From assembly GCA_963668675.2 (NCBI GenBank), contig CAXXMB010000001.1, forward strand, positions 992,001-1,056,000: a DNA stretch of 64,000 bases, given 5' to 3'. How positions within the stretch are numbered: position 1 is the first letter of the stretch; the number at the start of each line of letters is the position of its first letter. The notes under the pieces were generated by a model. The model saw only the letters and a list, made by a program, of their open reading frames with translations, did not search any database and was not told the origin of the DNA. The DNA is from an uncultured Desulfatitalea sp. Its GTDB lineage: Bacteria > Desulfobacterota > Desulfobacteria > Desulfobacterales > Desulfosarcinaceae. Made by a program: the position numbers and the translations under genes. Positions 39,602-49,865 of this stretch are shown piece after piece.

Positions 39602-40003
39602 TTAGTTGCCTCCCACGGTCATCTCGACGATGCTGCCCTTTACCATCCATTCACGCTCACCCGACTCTTTGCCGTACTCGCTGTCGGCAGGCTTTACCAC
39701 CGTGCCCTCGGGCATCACGTGAAGGGAGTTTCCCGAAGCGTCCTTTACGATGCAGGACAACAGCCCCCCGGCCACAGAAAAAGCGGAAAGCACAGCGTTG
39801 TCCTGGCTGGTCTGGGGAAGCGTTAGGGTGATGCCTCCCAAGCGATTGAGGTTTTTGGTGCGGGTCACCTCTCCCGATGTGCCGGCGTTAAAGGTCCAGT
39901 CGTCTTCGTCTTTTGCCACCCGGATCGTGTTCCAGCTTTTGATGATGGTGCCGCCGACGATCACGCTCACCTGGCCCGGGTCATAGGTTCTAACTTCGTT
40001 CAT
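39602..40003 (-). CDS. Tail tube protein (DUF3277-like)
   Basis: TYDPGQVSV, LPQTS..NAVLS, REW. Confidence 0.85.
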   Translation of the reverse strand: MNEVRTYDPGQVSVIVGGTIIKSWNTIRVAKDEDDWTFNAGTSGEVTRTKNLNRLGGITLTLPQTSQDNAVLSAFSVAGGLLSCIVKDASGNSLHVMPEGTVVKPADSEYGKESGEREWMVKGSIVEMTVGGN

Positions 40004-40031
40004 CTGCTTCTCCTTGGTTGGAGATTATTTT

Positions 40032-41072
40032 TTAAAGGGTCAAGCGGCCCACGATGGCTGTTTTATGGACGGCACCCGCCAGTTGGGCGGTAAACTTCAC
40101 ATCGTTTAAAAAGCGCTGGCTTTTCTCCAGCGGATCCACATCGGAAATGGCCGGCGATGTGATCACGATGGAGCCTTCCACCAGAAGGCCGGCGTCGACC
40201 GCTTTTTCCAATCGGTAGCGAAGCTCGTTTTCTACGACTGCGATGCCCTGGGCGGTAAAAGGGATCTTGACGGCGTTTACCATGCGAAAGAACACCCCTT
40301 CTGCGATCCTTGCCTGGAGCCAGTCGGTGCCGCGGATGATGTCGATAAATTCGCCCGAGGCCATCACCGCAGCCGAAGAGATCATGTTGATGCCGGCGAC
40401 CTTTTCGTAGTAGTTGCAGTTTTTGCCCTGAAGGTAGGTCACTTCGGTGGGTGTCAGATCGTCGACTGCGACACCGGCAAGGGTTTTAAACTTCCATGTG
40501 ATCGATCCGGGCGCTTCGGGCAGGCACCGTCCCATCCAGGCCGCCTCGGGATAGTTTTCATGATCGGTGCTGTACATTATGGCCGTACGCTCATAGGCGG
40601 CCGTTTGAAGCGTTGAGGCGATATCGTCGGTGGCGCTTGTGATCATCGATTCCTGGTCGATGCTCCCGATATAGATCTTGTTCCTCGATTCGATCCATGC
40701 AGCGGCCGCTGCGATATCTGCCAGCTGGGCCGCTTCGTCTCCCTGGCGGGTTAGAATCAACGCATACCAGTCACCATAAGCGGCCTGCATGGCGGACAGC
40801 TCATCGCCCAGGACTTCCGCCGTGTCCCGATCGCCGATCACCACCTGTTCGGGGCTTACCTCCTGTGAAAAGAGTGCATTGGCCGCCTTCCACTGCTCGG
40901 AGGTGGTCTCAAAGTCGACCTCAACGGCCTCGATGTTGTTGTAGACCCTGTAGCGGTCGGTAAACTCAGTCAGGGGGCCAAAGATCAGCGCCGTGCCGAA
41001 CCCGGCCTGGGTGATCTTGGCCGTCTCGCGGGTGATGTTGACCTGTACGATGTCTGCTAATTGGGTGCCCAT
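40032..41072 (-). CDS. Tail sheath protein (DUF3383-like)
   Basis: DIVQVNI, PGSITWKFKTLAGV, FIDIIRGTDWL, KIPFT, LAGAVH. Confidence 0.88.
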   Translation of the reverse strand: MGTQLADIVQVNITRETAKITQAGFGTALIFGPLTEFTDRYRVYNNIEAVEVDFETTSEQWKAANALFSQEVSPEQVVIGDRDTAEVLGDELSAMQAAYGDWYALILTRQGDEAAQLADIAAAAAWIESRNKIYIGSIDQESMITSATDDIASTLQTAAYERTAIMYSTDHENYPEAAWMGRCLPEAPGSITWKFKTLAGVAVDDLTPTEVTYLQGKNCNYYEKVAGINMISSAAVMASGEFIDIIRGTDWLQARIAEGVFFRMVNAVKIPFTAQGIAVVENELRYRLEKAVDAGLLVEGSIVITSPAISDVDPLEKSQRFLNDVKFTAQLAGAVHKTAIVGRLTL

Positions 41073-41084
41073 GGGGTTGCTCCT

Positions 41085-41606
41085 CTATGTTTCGATGTCG
41101 ATGATTTGATCGGTCGTAACGCTTTCTACCTCTCCTGTGACCCGTACCCTTCTAATCTCGCCCGGCACGTCCTCGATGGGATCCGGATAGGAGATCAAAA
41201 GATCAAGGTTTGCCCGTGGTTCAAAGATCGTATCCAAAAGCTCGGTCACATTCTGGGGGCCTTCGGTACCCCAGACGGATATACTCGCCTGCTGCAAGAT
41301 GCCCTGAAAGCTGGGTAGTTCGATGGCGTTTGCGATCTGCTGGGCCCGGACCAGGGCGTCGTCTGCAAAGATCTGGACATTGAGCGTGGCCCGCTTTCTA
41401 AAGCCGTAGCGATAGGTATCTTCGGCAGCGTAGCGCTCTCCGGCCGGGCCGATATTTTGGGGCCCGGCGATCACGTCCAGGACGATAAAAGGCGCACCGG
41501 GCTTTTTCCCCTTCTGATTGGCCCAGATGACCGTGGCATCGGTGTGGACTGCCTGGATCCAAGCGACCAAAGCGTCCTCTATGGCAATCGGCAGCCGCTG
41601 CATCAC
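41085..41606 (-). CDS. Tail terminator/neck protein
   Basis: Directly upstream of the sheath; VIWANQ..KPGAPF. Confidence 0.7.
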   Translation of the reverse strand: MMQRLPIAIEDALVAWIQAVHTDATVIWANQKGKKPGAPFIVLDVIAGPQNIGPAGERYAAEDTYRYGFRKRATLNVQIFADDALVRAQQIANAIELPSFQGILQQASISVWGTEGPQNVTELLDTIFEPRANLDLLISYPDPIEDVPGEIRRVRVTGEVESVTTDQIIDIET

Positions 41607-41923
41607 TGGTCCTCGATGCGCATCAGACGCGCTTTAAAGTGGGCCTGGCCAAACCTATTCCAATCTTCCACTGCCTGCACCTCGTAGCGGATCCCGTCGG
41701 CCCGGGTGACCGTATCGCCGTTCGCCAAAGAAAAGGCGGTGTAGATCTTTAAAACCTGGCGCTCTCTTTCTCCTTCGGAAAGAAGCAAAAGCTCTTTTCC
41801 GTTTAGCGGCTGGATGTTGCCGGCAGCCGTGAACTCCTCATCAGCGCCTGCCACAAAGCGTCCATTAATGTAACTTCCGGCGCCGGCTCTGGTGACGGTG
41901 ATGGCTTCGATAGAAAGCTTCAT
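41603..41923 (-). CDS. Head closure protein
   Basis: GSYINGRF, IQPLNGKELLLLSEGER; position. Confidence 0.7.
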   Translation of the reverse strand: MKLSIEAITVTRAGAGSYINGRFVAGADEEFTAAGNIQPLNGKELLLLSEGERERQVLKIYTAFSLANGDTVTRADGIRYEVQAVEDWNRFGQAHFKARLMRIEDQ

Positions 41924-42402
41924 GAGTTCACCCGGCTTACGACCGACTGGCGAAGGCGGCCCAGATCGTTTAAGGGCTGGGGCCAGTCTCTTCCGCGATC
42001 GCGCTTGGCCTGGGCAGTTGAAGGAGCATTTGCGACAAAAGGCGAGCCGCCGGCCAGGATCTTGGCTTTGACTTTGCCCTCGAACCAGAGGCCCAGGCGT
42101 TTTAAAAAGGTCTTTTTATCCAGTCTACCCGTTACGACCTTTACTTTGGCCGCATCGACCTGGTCGCGGGTCTCATCTTTTTCTTCATCCAGGGTGGAGC
42201 GTAAAAACGAACGTTGGGGGATCTTGATGTTGTGGCTCTTTCCGGCCCGGTCGGTGCCGAACTCGTTTGTAGCAGCGATGATCACCTGCTCGGAGTCTTT
42301 CTCTCCAAAGATACCGATGTCGACCGATCCGTGCAACTTTTTCACGCGGCGGGCAAACTCCTCCATGCCGCTGTCAGAGATATGGATGTCGGGTTTGATC
42401 AT
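41920..42402 (-). CDS. Neck/tail completion protein
   Basis: NEFGT, IPQRSFLRST, NAPST, PLNDLGRLRQSV. Confidence 0.75.
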   Translation of the reverse strand: MIKPDIHISDSGMEEFARRVKKLHGSVDIGIFGEKDSEQVIIAATNEFGTDRAGKSHNIKIPQRSFLRSTLDEEKDETRDQVDAAKVKVVTGRLDKKTFLKRLGLWFEGKVKAKILAGGSPFVANAPSTAQAKRDRGRDWPQPLNDLGRLRQSVVSRVNS

Positions 42403-42737
42403 GGCGTCACCGTCATAAAGCCGGCAATGGTGCCGTGTCTGATGCGGTCATATTCGCGACCATAAACCGTTTCGCTATAGTTGCCGGACTCTGCGGCCGC
42501 ATAGGTTGTGGCCACATCCCCTGTTCGCTCGGATGTGATCTCACCGCCCTTATCCGCCCGGACAATCAAAGTGAGCTTGTGGGCCACCAGGTATCTTTGG
42601 GCCATCTCCTGCTTCTTGCCCCAGTTGGGGCCCACCTGAAGCGCTGCATCCGAAAGGGCGGTATCCCAGGCCTCCTGGGATACCGCAGCCAGCTCGGGTG
42701 CGATGGCTAAAACAGCGCTTTGGGTGGTGTCGGCCAT
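42399..42737 (-). CDS. Head-tail adaptor (DUF4054-like)
   Basis: APEL, YLVAH, TVYGREY. Confidence 0.75.
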   Translation of the reverse strand: MADTTQSAVLAIAPELAAVSQEAWDTALSDAALQVGPNWGKKQEMAQRYLVAHKLTLIVRADKGGEITSERTGDVATTYAAAESGNYSETVYGREYDRIRHGTIAGFMTVTP

Positions 42738-43139
42738 TTACTCCTCGTTGTGCTCCTTATTCTCCTCGATTTTTCGGATCTCTTCTGCTTGGCGTTCGAT
42801 GGCCTCCATTACGGTCTTTCGGGCACCACTTTTTCTGCTGTTTTCCGCTTGGGCGTAGCTTTCCAAAAGCTCCAGGGTCATGGCCCCTTCGATCAGCTCA
42901 ATGAACTCATCGGCGTTGAGCTTTTCAGGTTCCATGGGAACATCCGGCTCTTCGGTGCCGATGGGCTTTAAAAAGGTGCTGTAATGGGCCATGCGTTTTT
43001 CTCCGGCCTCTTTCTGGACGGCGCCCCACACATCGGCATCGATGGTGTTCTGACCGGGGATAAAAGAGAAAGTGCCCTTTTTCTTTCCCAAGACGTAGGG
43101 CATGTGGGTGATGTTGGCTTTTTTATTAACGACGATCAT
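42738..43139 (-). CDS. Hypothetical head-region protein
   Basis: 133 aa directly after the capsid gene; RBS AAGGAG. Confidence 0.7.
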   Translation of the reverse strand: MIVVNKKANITHMPYVLGKKKGTFSFIPGQNTIDADVWGAVQKEAGEKRMAHYSTFLKPIGTEEPDVPMEPEKLNADEFIELIEGAMTLELLESYAQAENSRKSGARKTVMEAIERQAEEIRKIEENKEHNEE

Positions 43140-43229
43140 CGCTGATCTCCTTTTGAGGTTTAAGGGGTGGGCGGCCGTTTCGGTTCAGGCCGCCCTATCG
43201 CATGATGGCACCTGCTTGCCGTTGCGTTT

Positions 43230-44183
43230 TTAAATCCCGGTGAAAAACAAAAAGGCCAGAGGGTATCTGACCACAACGCCTCCGATGCGAGACTCTCCGG
43301 GCACGATCAGCTCAAGCCCGCGCTCTTGCATCGGGTAGGTTTGAAGCTCCATGGGGATCCTCAGCTCAAAGTTTTCCCGGCTCTTTTCATAGCAGACCGC
43401 CCCGTCTTCGGTACCGCCGGTAAAGGCGCTGGTCAGCTCGGTGTAGAGCGGCTCGATGGTCGAAAGTCCGAATGACTTGGGGTTGTTCAAGATATGATCC
43501 AGGATCGTCGTATCGGACAGATCGCTTCGGGGTGTTGCCGCGATGATGTCGTACTGGGTGCTTGGAAGCAGAAGGGTGTCCGGCTTGTGCACCCCTTTGC
43601 TCTGGTTTTTGATGGTAGAGACCATCGATCGGATATCGGTCATGATCTCGGCTGCCGTTTTGCTGGCCCAGTCCGATGTGCCCCCGCCACCATTGGGAGC
43701 TGCCAGGGTCGGGATGTTGGGATTGTCCAAAAAGCCGGCGATCCCTGTGGTGGGATCCCCATGGAAGGCGATCTGGTGCTCTTTTTCCCGGATTCCCCTT
43801 CGCTGGGCGGCGGCCTTTTCGGTCTCAAGCGATACGCCTGCCATCATGGCGGCTCTGATCTCCTGGTGGTTGTAGCCGACAGAAAGGCCCAGCGATCGCA
43901 CCGCTTGGGTGACGCTCGTACCGTACACATCGGCACGGGGAAGATCCTGGGCGTAGTCAGTGATCACCTTGGCCATGCCCACACGGCCGTACATGCGGTA
44001 GGTAATTGCTTCGGCGCCCGGGTTGTCGCGATTTGATACCGGGATCAAGGCCCGGTAGACGAGTTCGCGCTCTTTAAAGCGATAGATCTCAGCTTCCAGG
44101 GCCTCGAGCTCCCGGGTAATAAAAAGCGCGGCATTCTGGTCGATGGCATCGAGCACATGCCTGACAGCGTCTAATCTGATCAT
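43230..44183 (-). CDS. Major capsid protein (DUF2184/encapsulin-like HK97 fold)
   Basis: DLPRAD, IAFHGD, PDTLLLP, GGVVVRYP. Confidence 0.88.
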   Translation of the reverse strand: MIRLDAVRHVLDAIDQNAALFITRELEALEAEIYRFKERELVYRALIPVSNRDNPGAEAITYRMYGRVGMAKVITDYAQDLPRADVYGTSVTQAVRSLGLSVGYNHQEIRAAMMAGVSLETEKAAAQRRGIREKEHQIAFHGDPTTGIAGFLDNPNIPTLAAPNGGGGTSDWASKTAAEIMTDIRSMVSTIKNQSKGVHKPDTLLLPSTQYDIIAATPRSDLSDTTILDHILNNPKSFGLSTIEPLYTELTSAFTGGTEDGAVCYEKSRENFELRIPMELQTYPMQERGLELIVPGESRIGGVVVRYPLAFLFFTGI

Positions 44184-44231
44184 TTTGCTTTCTCCTGGTT
44201 AAAGTAAATTCAAAAGCCGTTTAAATGGCTG

Positions 44232-44714
44232 TTACGGCAAGTTGAGATCCAGAAGGGCCAGGGCCCCGGCCTCGGCGTCGGACACAAACTTGGCCCCGGG
44301 CAGCGCCACCGCATCGGTACCGTCGGCATCGGACCGGAAAGCACCGAGTTGCTCGGCGCCGGCCGCCACAAAGCGGACAAACGCTTCACTCTCGGCCGTC
44401 ACGGCATCTTCCACCGGTACCCAGACGCGGCCCTTTTTGATCACCGACATGGGATCCCCGTCGGCATAGCCTTCGTTTTGCGGCTGGGTGTGGGAGCGAA
44501 GGGTAACTCCCAATCCGACTGGCCCGGTCACCTGGGCCGATGCCGTGGGTAAAGCTGCCTGGCCTTCGGCAGCGCCCTTGGTGACAAAAACGCCGAAGGG
44601 AACAACATCCCCTTGGGCATTTAAGCGCGTTACGATATCGCTGGTACCGATGTCGGCCAGCTGGCCTGCCAGGCCCTTTTCCATGTACTCGTTGACTTGG
44701 GTTTGCATGCTCAT
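44232..44714 (-). CDS. Head decoration/cement protein
   Basis: GLAGQLAD, VPFG, KGRVWV; between protease and capsid genes. Confidence 0.75.
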   Translation of the reverse strand: MSMQTQVNEYMEKGLAGQLADIGTSDIVTRLNAQGDVVPFGVFVTKGAAEGQAALPTASAQVTGPVGLGVTLRSHTQPQNEGYADGDPMSVIKKGRVWVPVEDAVTAESEAFVRFVAAGAEQLGAFRSDADGTDAVALPGAKFVSDAEAGALALLDLNLP

Positions 44715-44753
44715 CTCCTGGGTTGAAATTAAAAAGAAAAGTCTTGCCCCTGG

Positions 44754-45914
44754 CTACTCCTTCTCTGCCAGAGCCTGGCTCTTTTTCATGAACTCGGCCC
44801 GGTGGTCGACCTTGCTTTGTGTTCTGGCCTCTTTGGCGTCTTTGATTACCCGGGCAAGGCCGGCTGTGCCGTTTTCGTTTTCAGCCGCATCGAGCAGCTC
44901 AACCACCGAATCGAACCGGGCGTTGATGTAATCATCGCTGCGATCGTCAGCCTTGAACTCGGGCGACTGCTTCTGGATCACCGCCACCTTGACCTCCTTG
45001 TCGGAGAGCCCGTCGGTGGCAACTTTCACCTTGGTGGCGGTCTCTTCCAGGGCCTTGCGATCGGCGATGATCTTCTGGATCTTCTCTCCGGCCGGATCCG
45101 ATAATTTCGCGTTGTCGACCTTGAGCTTTTCGACCTCTTCGGTGAGGGTGTCGATCTTGGCCTGGTCCTCATCGGCCTTTTTGGTGAGTTCGACGATGCG
45201 GGCAGCCCGCTCGCGGATCACCTCCACCGCTTCGTCGAGCTTGGCGGACAAACGATCTAGGATCCCCTGGGCCTGCTCGGGAACTTCAGCCTCGATGGCG
45301 TCCATGTGAAAGCCGTCGATCTTAAGTGCTTTGCGGATAAACTTGATCATTTTCTTCTCCTCTGGTTGGGTGTCGAGTTTGAGTTTTACGTTGTGACCCG
45401 CCCTTCCCCTGGGCACGATGCTCAGATGGTTGTAGCGGATGTTTTTCTGCACGGCGTCGTAATGCCCCTCGCTGGGGTGCTCTCCGGAGATGGGCAAAAG
45501 TTCGGCATCGTATCCGCAGGAAAGCTCCACATCCTTTCCCTGATCGTGGCGCTCGAGCACGTAGGCCACCACGGCCTTATCCATGATCTTGACTGCCACC
45601 GAGACGAACTCTTCATCGTGGGTGACGTTTTCTCCGGTGATGCCCACGTTCAATCTCCGGTTGTTGTCCACGGTGACACGCCGTTCTTCCGGGTGTTGGA
45701 AGGTGACCGGGATCAATGAAAGCGTTGATAAAGATTCAGGAGCAAAGACCTCTTCTGGGCTTCTAAGCTCTCTTACGGTCTGGCCGCGATCGTCGGTGTA
45801 ATCGAAGACACCGGCACGGGTGACATTGGCATCGCATGTCAAAAAGCCTTCGGGAGTGACCTGGTAGCGGTCGTTTTTGATAGCATCGAGCTTAACAGTG
45901 ATGGTGCGGATCAT
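44754..45914 (-). CDS. Prohead protease/scaffold (DUF2213-like)
   Basis: TPEGFL, RSPEEVF, ELSCGY, NHLSIVPRGRAG; coiled-coil C-terminus. Confidence 0.88.
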   Translation of the reverse strand: MIRTITVKLDAIKNDRYQVTPEGFLTCDANVTRAGVFDYTDDRGQTVRELRSPEEVFAPESLSTLSLIPVTFQHPEERRVTVDNNRRLNVGITGENVTHDEEFVSVAVKIMDKAVVAYVLERHDQGKDVELSCGYDAELLPISGEHPSEGHYDAVQKNIRYNHLSIVPRGRAGHNVKLKLDTQPEEKKMIKFIRKALKIDGFHMDAIEAEVPEQAQGILDRLSAKLDEAVEVIRERAARIVELTKKADEDQAKIDTLTEEVEKLKVDNAKLSDPAGEKIQKIIADRKALEETATKVKVATDGLSDKEVKVAVIQKQSPEFKADDRSDDYINARFDSVVELLDAAENENGTAGLARVIKDAKEARTQSKVDHRAEFMKKSQALAEKE

Positions 45915-46094
45915 TTTGCTTTTCTCCTGCTAAAAACTTCTCTTTTGGCAGCCTTCGTTAAAAGCCCCTGAGAGGCCGAATTCAGAGGCCTCTTTTTGGC
46001 CCGTCCAGGTACTCGCGTCGAAACTAGTTAAAAACGTGGTCGCCGATTTAAAAGCGGTTCCGATTATGTTTCTTCTCTTGCCCAAGTAAATCTC

Positions 46095-46991
46095 CTAAGC
46101 CGCTTCAGAAACCGGCACCGAAATGAACTCTTCGAGTACAGGTTCGGCCGTGCAGCGGCACTGAAAATCTTCTCCCGGGTGACCGGTAACAGGCGGATCG
46201 TCCCATCGGAACGTTTTGCCATCATTTTGAAGATGAGTGGCCCGGCTCGCCCCGTCTTTGACCGCCCGCCAGATGTATTCCTCCACCCCGACTTCCTTTT
46301 GACGAAGCTCGGTGAGCTTGCCGTTTAGCTTTGCCACCTGGTCCCGGGCGATGAACTGTGCCCTTCGTTTGGTGATTTCCAAGCGTTCCCCAACTGCCTT
46401 TGAGATGGTGCGCAGGCTGTCGCCGGCCTCGACCCTGGTCATCAAAAGGGTTTGAAGGTCGGTAATGCCCTTATCGGTGATGTCTTTGATCAATGAGACG
46501 TTGCCGGCCACAAAGGCGGAGAGCTTATCGACCAGCCAGCGCTCCTGGCGCAGGACCGGGATCCCAAGGACGGTTGAGAATTGCCGGTCGACCTGGGTGC
46601 GGTTAAATTGCGATACCCGCTCGCCATGGGATTGTGCGGTATCGGCAGCCGCATCCTCGGTGACAACGGCGGCCACGTTCACCCGGATCCCGGCAAAGAC
46701 CCTGCCGATCATCTCACCGTAGGAGACATCTTTACGGATGCTGTGATCGGCGTCGGTGCGAAGGGCTTCGTCTCTTTCTTCGATGATCCGGGGAAGATCG
46801 GATTTGACCATCTCGCGTACCGCTTCGAAAAAAGGTGCAGTGATGCGAAGCAAGGCCCGCTCGTACTCACGCTCAAGGCCATGGGGATAAAGCTGACGCG
46901 GCGGCTTTCTCTTTCTGGGCAGACGGCGTCCGGTACTTTTTACAGCTGCCCGGCGGGCCCGGATGGCGGCGATCTTTTCAGAGGGTGTCAT
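46095..46991 (-). CDS. Minor head protein (Mu gpF/SPP1 gp7 family)
   Basis: RAQFIARDQ, YIWR, HPGEDFQCRC. Confidence 0.88.
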   Translation of the reverse strand: MTPSEKIAAIRARRAAVKSTGRRLPRKRKPPRQLYPHGLEREYERALLRITAPFFEAVREMVKSDLPRIIEERDEALRTDADHSIRKDVSYGEMIGRVFAGIRVNVAAVVTEDAAADTAQSHGERVSQFNRTQVDRQFSTVLGIPVLRQERWLVDKLSAFVAGNVSLIKDITDKGITDLQTLLMTRVEAGDSLRTISKAVGERLEITKRRAQFIARDQVAKLNGKLTELRQKEVGVEEYIWRAVKDGASRATHLQNDGKTFRWDDPPVTGHPGEDFQCRCTAEPVLEEFISVPVSEAA

Positions 46992-48378
46992 CTGGCACCT
47001 CCTGTTCGGTTTCTCCGCCGTCGCCAGCCGGGATCCTGGTATCCGGATCGATTACCGTTTCCATGCTGTAGCCATCGGGACCGAATCGGGAGACGGCCAC
47101 TTCGGCCGGATCAAGCACGCCGTTTGCGATATAGATCTGGTCGGTCTCGGATACGATCTTGCGGGTCTCGGCCAGTTCCTTATCCGTGGGCTGCCAAAGC
47201 GGCGAAAACTCAAACGACCAGTCCTTTTGCTTGACCTTCTGTTCGGATAGCAGCAGCTCGATAACCCGGGTGACCGGGGCCCGCAGGGTCTTTTCCTGAA
47301 ACGCTTTGACCCCGTCGTAGTAGTCCCGGGTGGTCTCTTCGGCGCCGGCAAGGGTGCCCAGTTGCTGTCCGAATAGCCTCGTCTTGGGAAGGTTCGCTGC
47401 GGCCGCGGTCAAATCCATGAAGGTGGTTAAAAGCTCCACCAAGCCGGTGATGGGCGTCTGGACTTTGGAAAACTCCTCATCCTGGCCGATCAATGACACC
47501 CCCAGGCTGCTCATCTGGCCTACGGCATACTGGATGCGGGCAAAAAGAATATCCTCCTGGCCGTCTGCGATCAGCTGGGCAAGATTGGGGATCTTTAAGG
47601 TCTTGGTGATAAAGTCCTGAAACAACACCGCTGCGCTTTGGATCGATATCCCGAACTGCTTTAGATTCTGGTTGATGGCCACAAAGACCGAATCGTTCCA
47701 GCCCTGGTTTTGAACCCTTACCCGGTCGGGCAGCCAGGCGCCGTCAAAGCGGATCACCCGGGAAGCGTGAACGATGCTCGCCTGGCCGGCGGCCGCTACC
47801 TGGGACGGGTTGATACGGTAAAGCTCGGGCTGCCCGTACTGGGGAGCAAGCGGGTCCTCATAGGTTTTGGCGATGGTCAGCTGCCAGCGATCGAGCACGG
47901 TGAGCGAGGCAACTTGCCTCACCCGGTCGGCTGCCAGGGGCACTGTGGGTTCCTGGCCGTCCACAGCGCCCAAAAGTAGGATGGATCCCCCATAAAGCCT
48001 GGCCATACGCATGGCATCTTCGAGCCGTTCCCACACCAGAAGCTCATCCATGCGACGGTTGATTTTGGCTCCCTGGTCGGCGTCCTCAATGTTCAGCTCG
48101 ATCCCTTCCCGGCAGGCATCGGCCGGAAGCAAGTCCACGATGCGCCGGGCAAGCCAGTAAAAACGATAGAGCTGCTCGAGTTCGGTCTGGTTCAATACGG
48201 GCTCTGCCACAAACCCGGTGCGCTGTAACGGATCCCGCGTGCCTCCGAATCCGCTAAAGGCATTGAAATAGACGTCACGCCGGGGGTGTAACGTTACACC
48301 CCCTGAATCGCTTCGCACCGACTGGGGCTTTTTGGAGCGGGCCTCGAAAGCGTCTATTTTCCGGTCAAGATCCATCAC
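46978..48378 (-). CDS. Portal protein (DUF1073-like)
   Basis: ARLYGG, VHASRVIRF, PKTRLFG, FSPLWQ; between TerL and gpF. Confidence 0.85.
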   Translation of the reverse strand: MMDLDRKIDAFEARSKKPQSVRSDSGGVTLHPRRDVYFNAFSGFGGTRDPLQRTGFVAEPVLNQTELEQLYRFYWLARRIVDLLPADACREGIELNIEDADQGAKINRRMDELLVWERLEDAMRMARLYGGSILLLGAVDGQEPTVPLAADRVRQVASLTVLDRWQLTIAKTYEDPLAPQYGQPELYRINPSQVAAAGQASIVHASRVIRFDGAWLPDRVRVQNQGWNDSVFVAINQNLKQFGISIQSAAVLFQDFITKTLKIPNLAQLIADGQEDILFARIQYAVGQMSSLGVSLIGQDEEFSKVQTPITGLVELLTTFMDLTAAAANLPKTRLFGQQLGTLAGAEETTRDYYDGVKAFQEKTLRAPVTRVIELLLSEQKVKQKDWSFEFSPLWQPTDKELAETRKIVSETDQIYIANGVLDPAEVAVSRFGPDGYSMETVIDPDTRIPAGDGGETEQEVPDDTL

Positions 48379-49865
48379 GCCACCCGCCTTCCCAATCGTG
48401 CTGCCAAGCCGGAAAATCGCCCACGAAGCGCCTCGGCCACGGTGGTTTTGGCAGAGGTGCCGGCCTGTACCGAAAGGGATTTGGCCCAGAAGTGATCGGC
48501 ATGGCCGGTGGCATCGGTACGCTCGGCATCGAACCTGAAATGCCCGGTGGTGGTTGCAAAACGTTTGACGCTGTGAAGCGAGCTTCGGATGGTGGAATCG
48601 GCCGGGATCCGGCTGCCGCGGTCCTCAAAGTTTTGCTTTAAGCCTGTGGCCAGGCTCTCTTTGTTGCCCACTGTAAAGGTGACAGCTTCCACCTTGTGCC
48701 GGCCGAACAGGTCCTGGGCCCCTTCGGCAAGCTGGGCCCCGATACCGGTCTCATCGATACAAGCCCTGCGGCACCTTTTTAGCGACAGCATGCTGTGCAA
48801 CACCTGTTCCTGGACGAAAAAGGGCTGGCGTTTTAGTTCGACGACGGCTGCGGTCTGAAGTATCCCGTTGATCTTTTGATCGAGCCAGATCACAGACAAA
48901 TCTTTCTTGCGGCCGATATCAAAGCCGATGAAAAGATCGCCCAAAAACTCCACGTTGGATAAAAGGTGTGTCGGAAGCGCCGGCCGGCTCTGGGTGCGCT
49001 TGTAGACGTCGTAGTTGACCCCAGCGGCATGGATGAGGTTCTCTACCCAGGCGGGCATGGGGTTGAGGCGCACATCTTCTACCGTAGAGATCAGATCGTG
49101 ACTTAAGAAGGCTGTGGCCTCATCGGACGGGATGCACTCAAACTCCTCTTCCCAGGCCTCTTCATCGTTTAGCGCCAAGCGAAGATCGTCGGGCTCGCAC
49201 GGCTTGCCCTCATCGTCCCGTAAGACCAGGCCCATCTTTACCGCCTGGTGGATATCGATAAAGTGCTTGGACCAGCCGCCGCGTTCGCCGATGTGTTCGA
49301 AGTCGGGCCCGTTGAAGCGCTGCAGGATGGGCGCTGTATAGAAAAGCTCGTAGAACTTGTTGGACTTTCCCTTAAAGGTCGAGATGATGCGGATCTTATA
49401 GCCGCGGGTCACCGTGGGAAACAGTGCCTTCCAGATCGCCCGGCTGTCTTTGTGAAAGGCAAACTCATCGAGTAGGATGTGGGCGCTGTGGCCGCGGGCC
49501 GTGTCAGGGTTGGCCGGAAGGCCGATCACCCGCGAGCCGTTCGGGAATATGATCTCCAGTTGCTTGTAGGTTGTTTTATCGTCGGTTCTAAAGTCGCTTT
49601 CGATCTCTGTAACAGCTAAACCGATGGCCCGGGCGTGCATGGCGGCCGTGGCCATGAGCTCTTTGGATTGGCGCTCGCCGGCGGATAAAAAGACCCACTT
49701 GGTCTTTCTCTCGTAGCAATCGAGCACCGCTTCAAGCGATGTGCCGAAGGACTTTCCTCCCTGGCGGGTGATCACGCCGATCTTAAAACGGCTGGTATCT
49801 CCCACCCAGTTTTTCTGGTAGACGGTCAGCGGTATGACCGGCGCTTTTTTAGTCGACAAGCCCAT
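48375..49865 (-). CDS. Terminase large subunit (Mu gp28-like)
   Basis: RQGGKS, LPANPDTARG, LDEFAFH, DIGRKKDL, DETGIG, GHADHFWA. Confidence 0.92.
   Translation of the reverse strand: MGLSTKKAPVIPLTVYQKNWVGDTSRFKIGVITRQGGKSFGTSLEAVLDCYERKTKWVFLSAGERQSKELMATAAMHARAIGLAVTEIESDFRTDDKTTYKQLEIIFPNGSRVIGLPANPDTARGHSAHILLDEFAFHKDSRAIWKALFPTVTRGYKIRIISTFKGKSNKFYELFYTAPILQRFNGPDFEHIGERGGWSKHFIDIHQAVKMGLVLRDDEGKPCEPDDLRLALNDEEAWEEEFECIPSDEATAFLSHDLISTVEDVRLNPMPAWVENLIHAAGVNYDVYKRTQSRPALPTHLLSNVEFLGDLFIGFDIGRKKDLSVIWLDQKINGILQTAAVVELKRQPFFVQEQVLHSMLSLKRCRRACIDETGIGAQLAEGAQDLFGRHKVEAVTFTVGNKESLATGLKQNFEDRGSRIPADSTIRSSLHSVKRFATTTGHFRFDAERTDATGHADHFWAKSLSVQAGTSAKTTVAEALRGRFSGLAARLGRRVA

Noticed and set aside
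46978..48378. DUF1073-like protein as an anti-CBASS (Acb1) nuclease
   Set aside because: Position between TerL and gpF and its length indicate a portal; no additional phosphoesterase domain is evident
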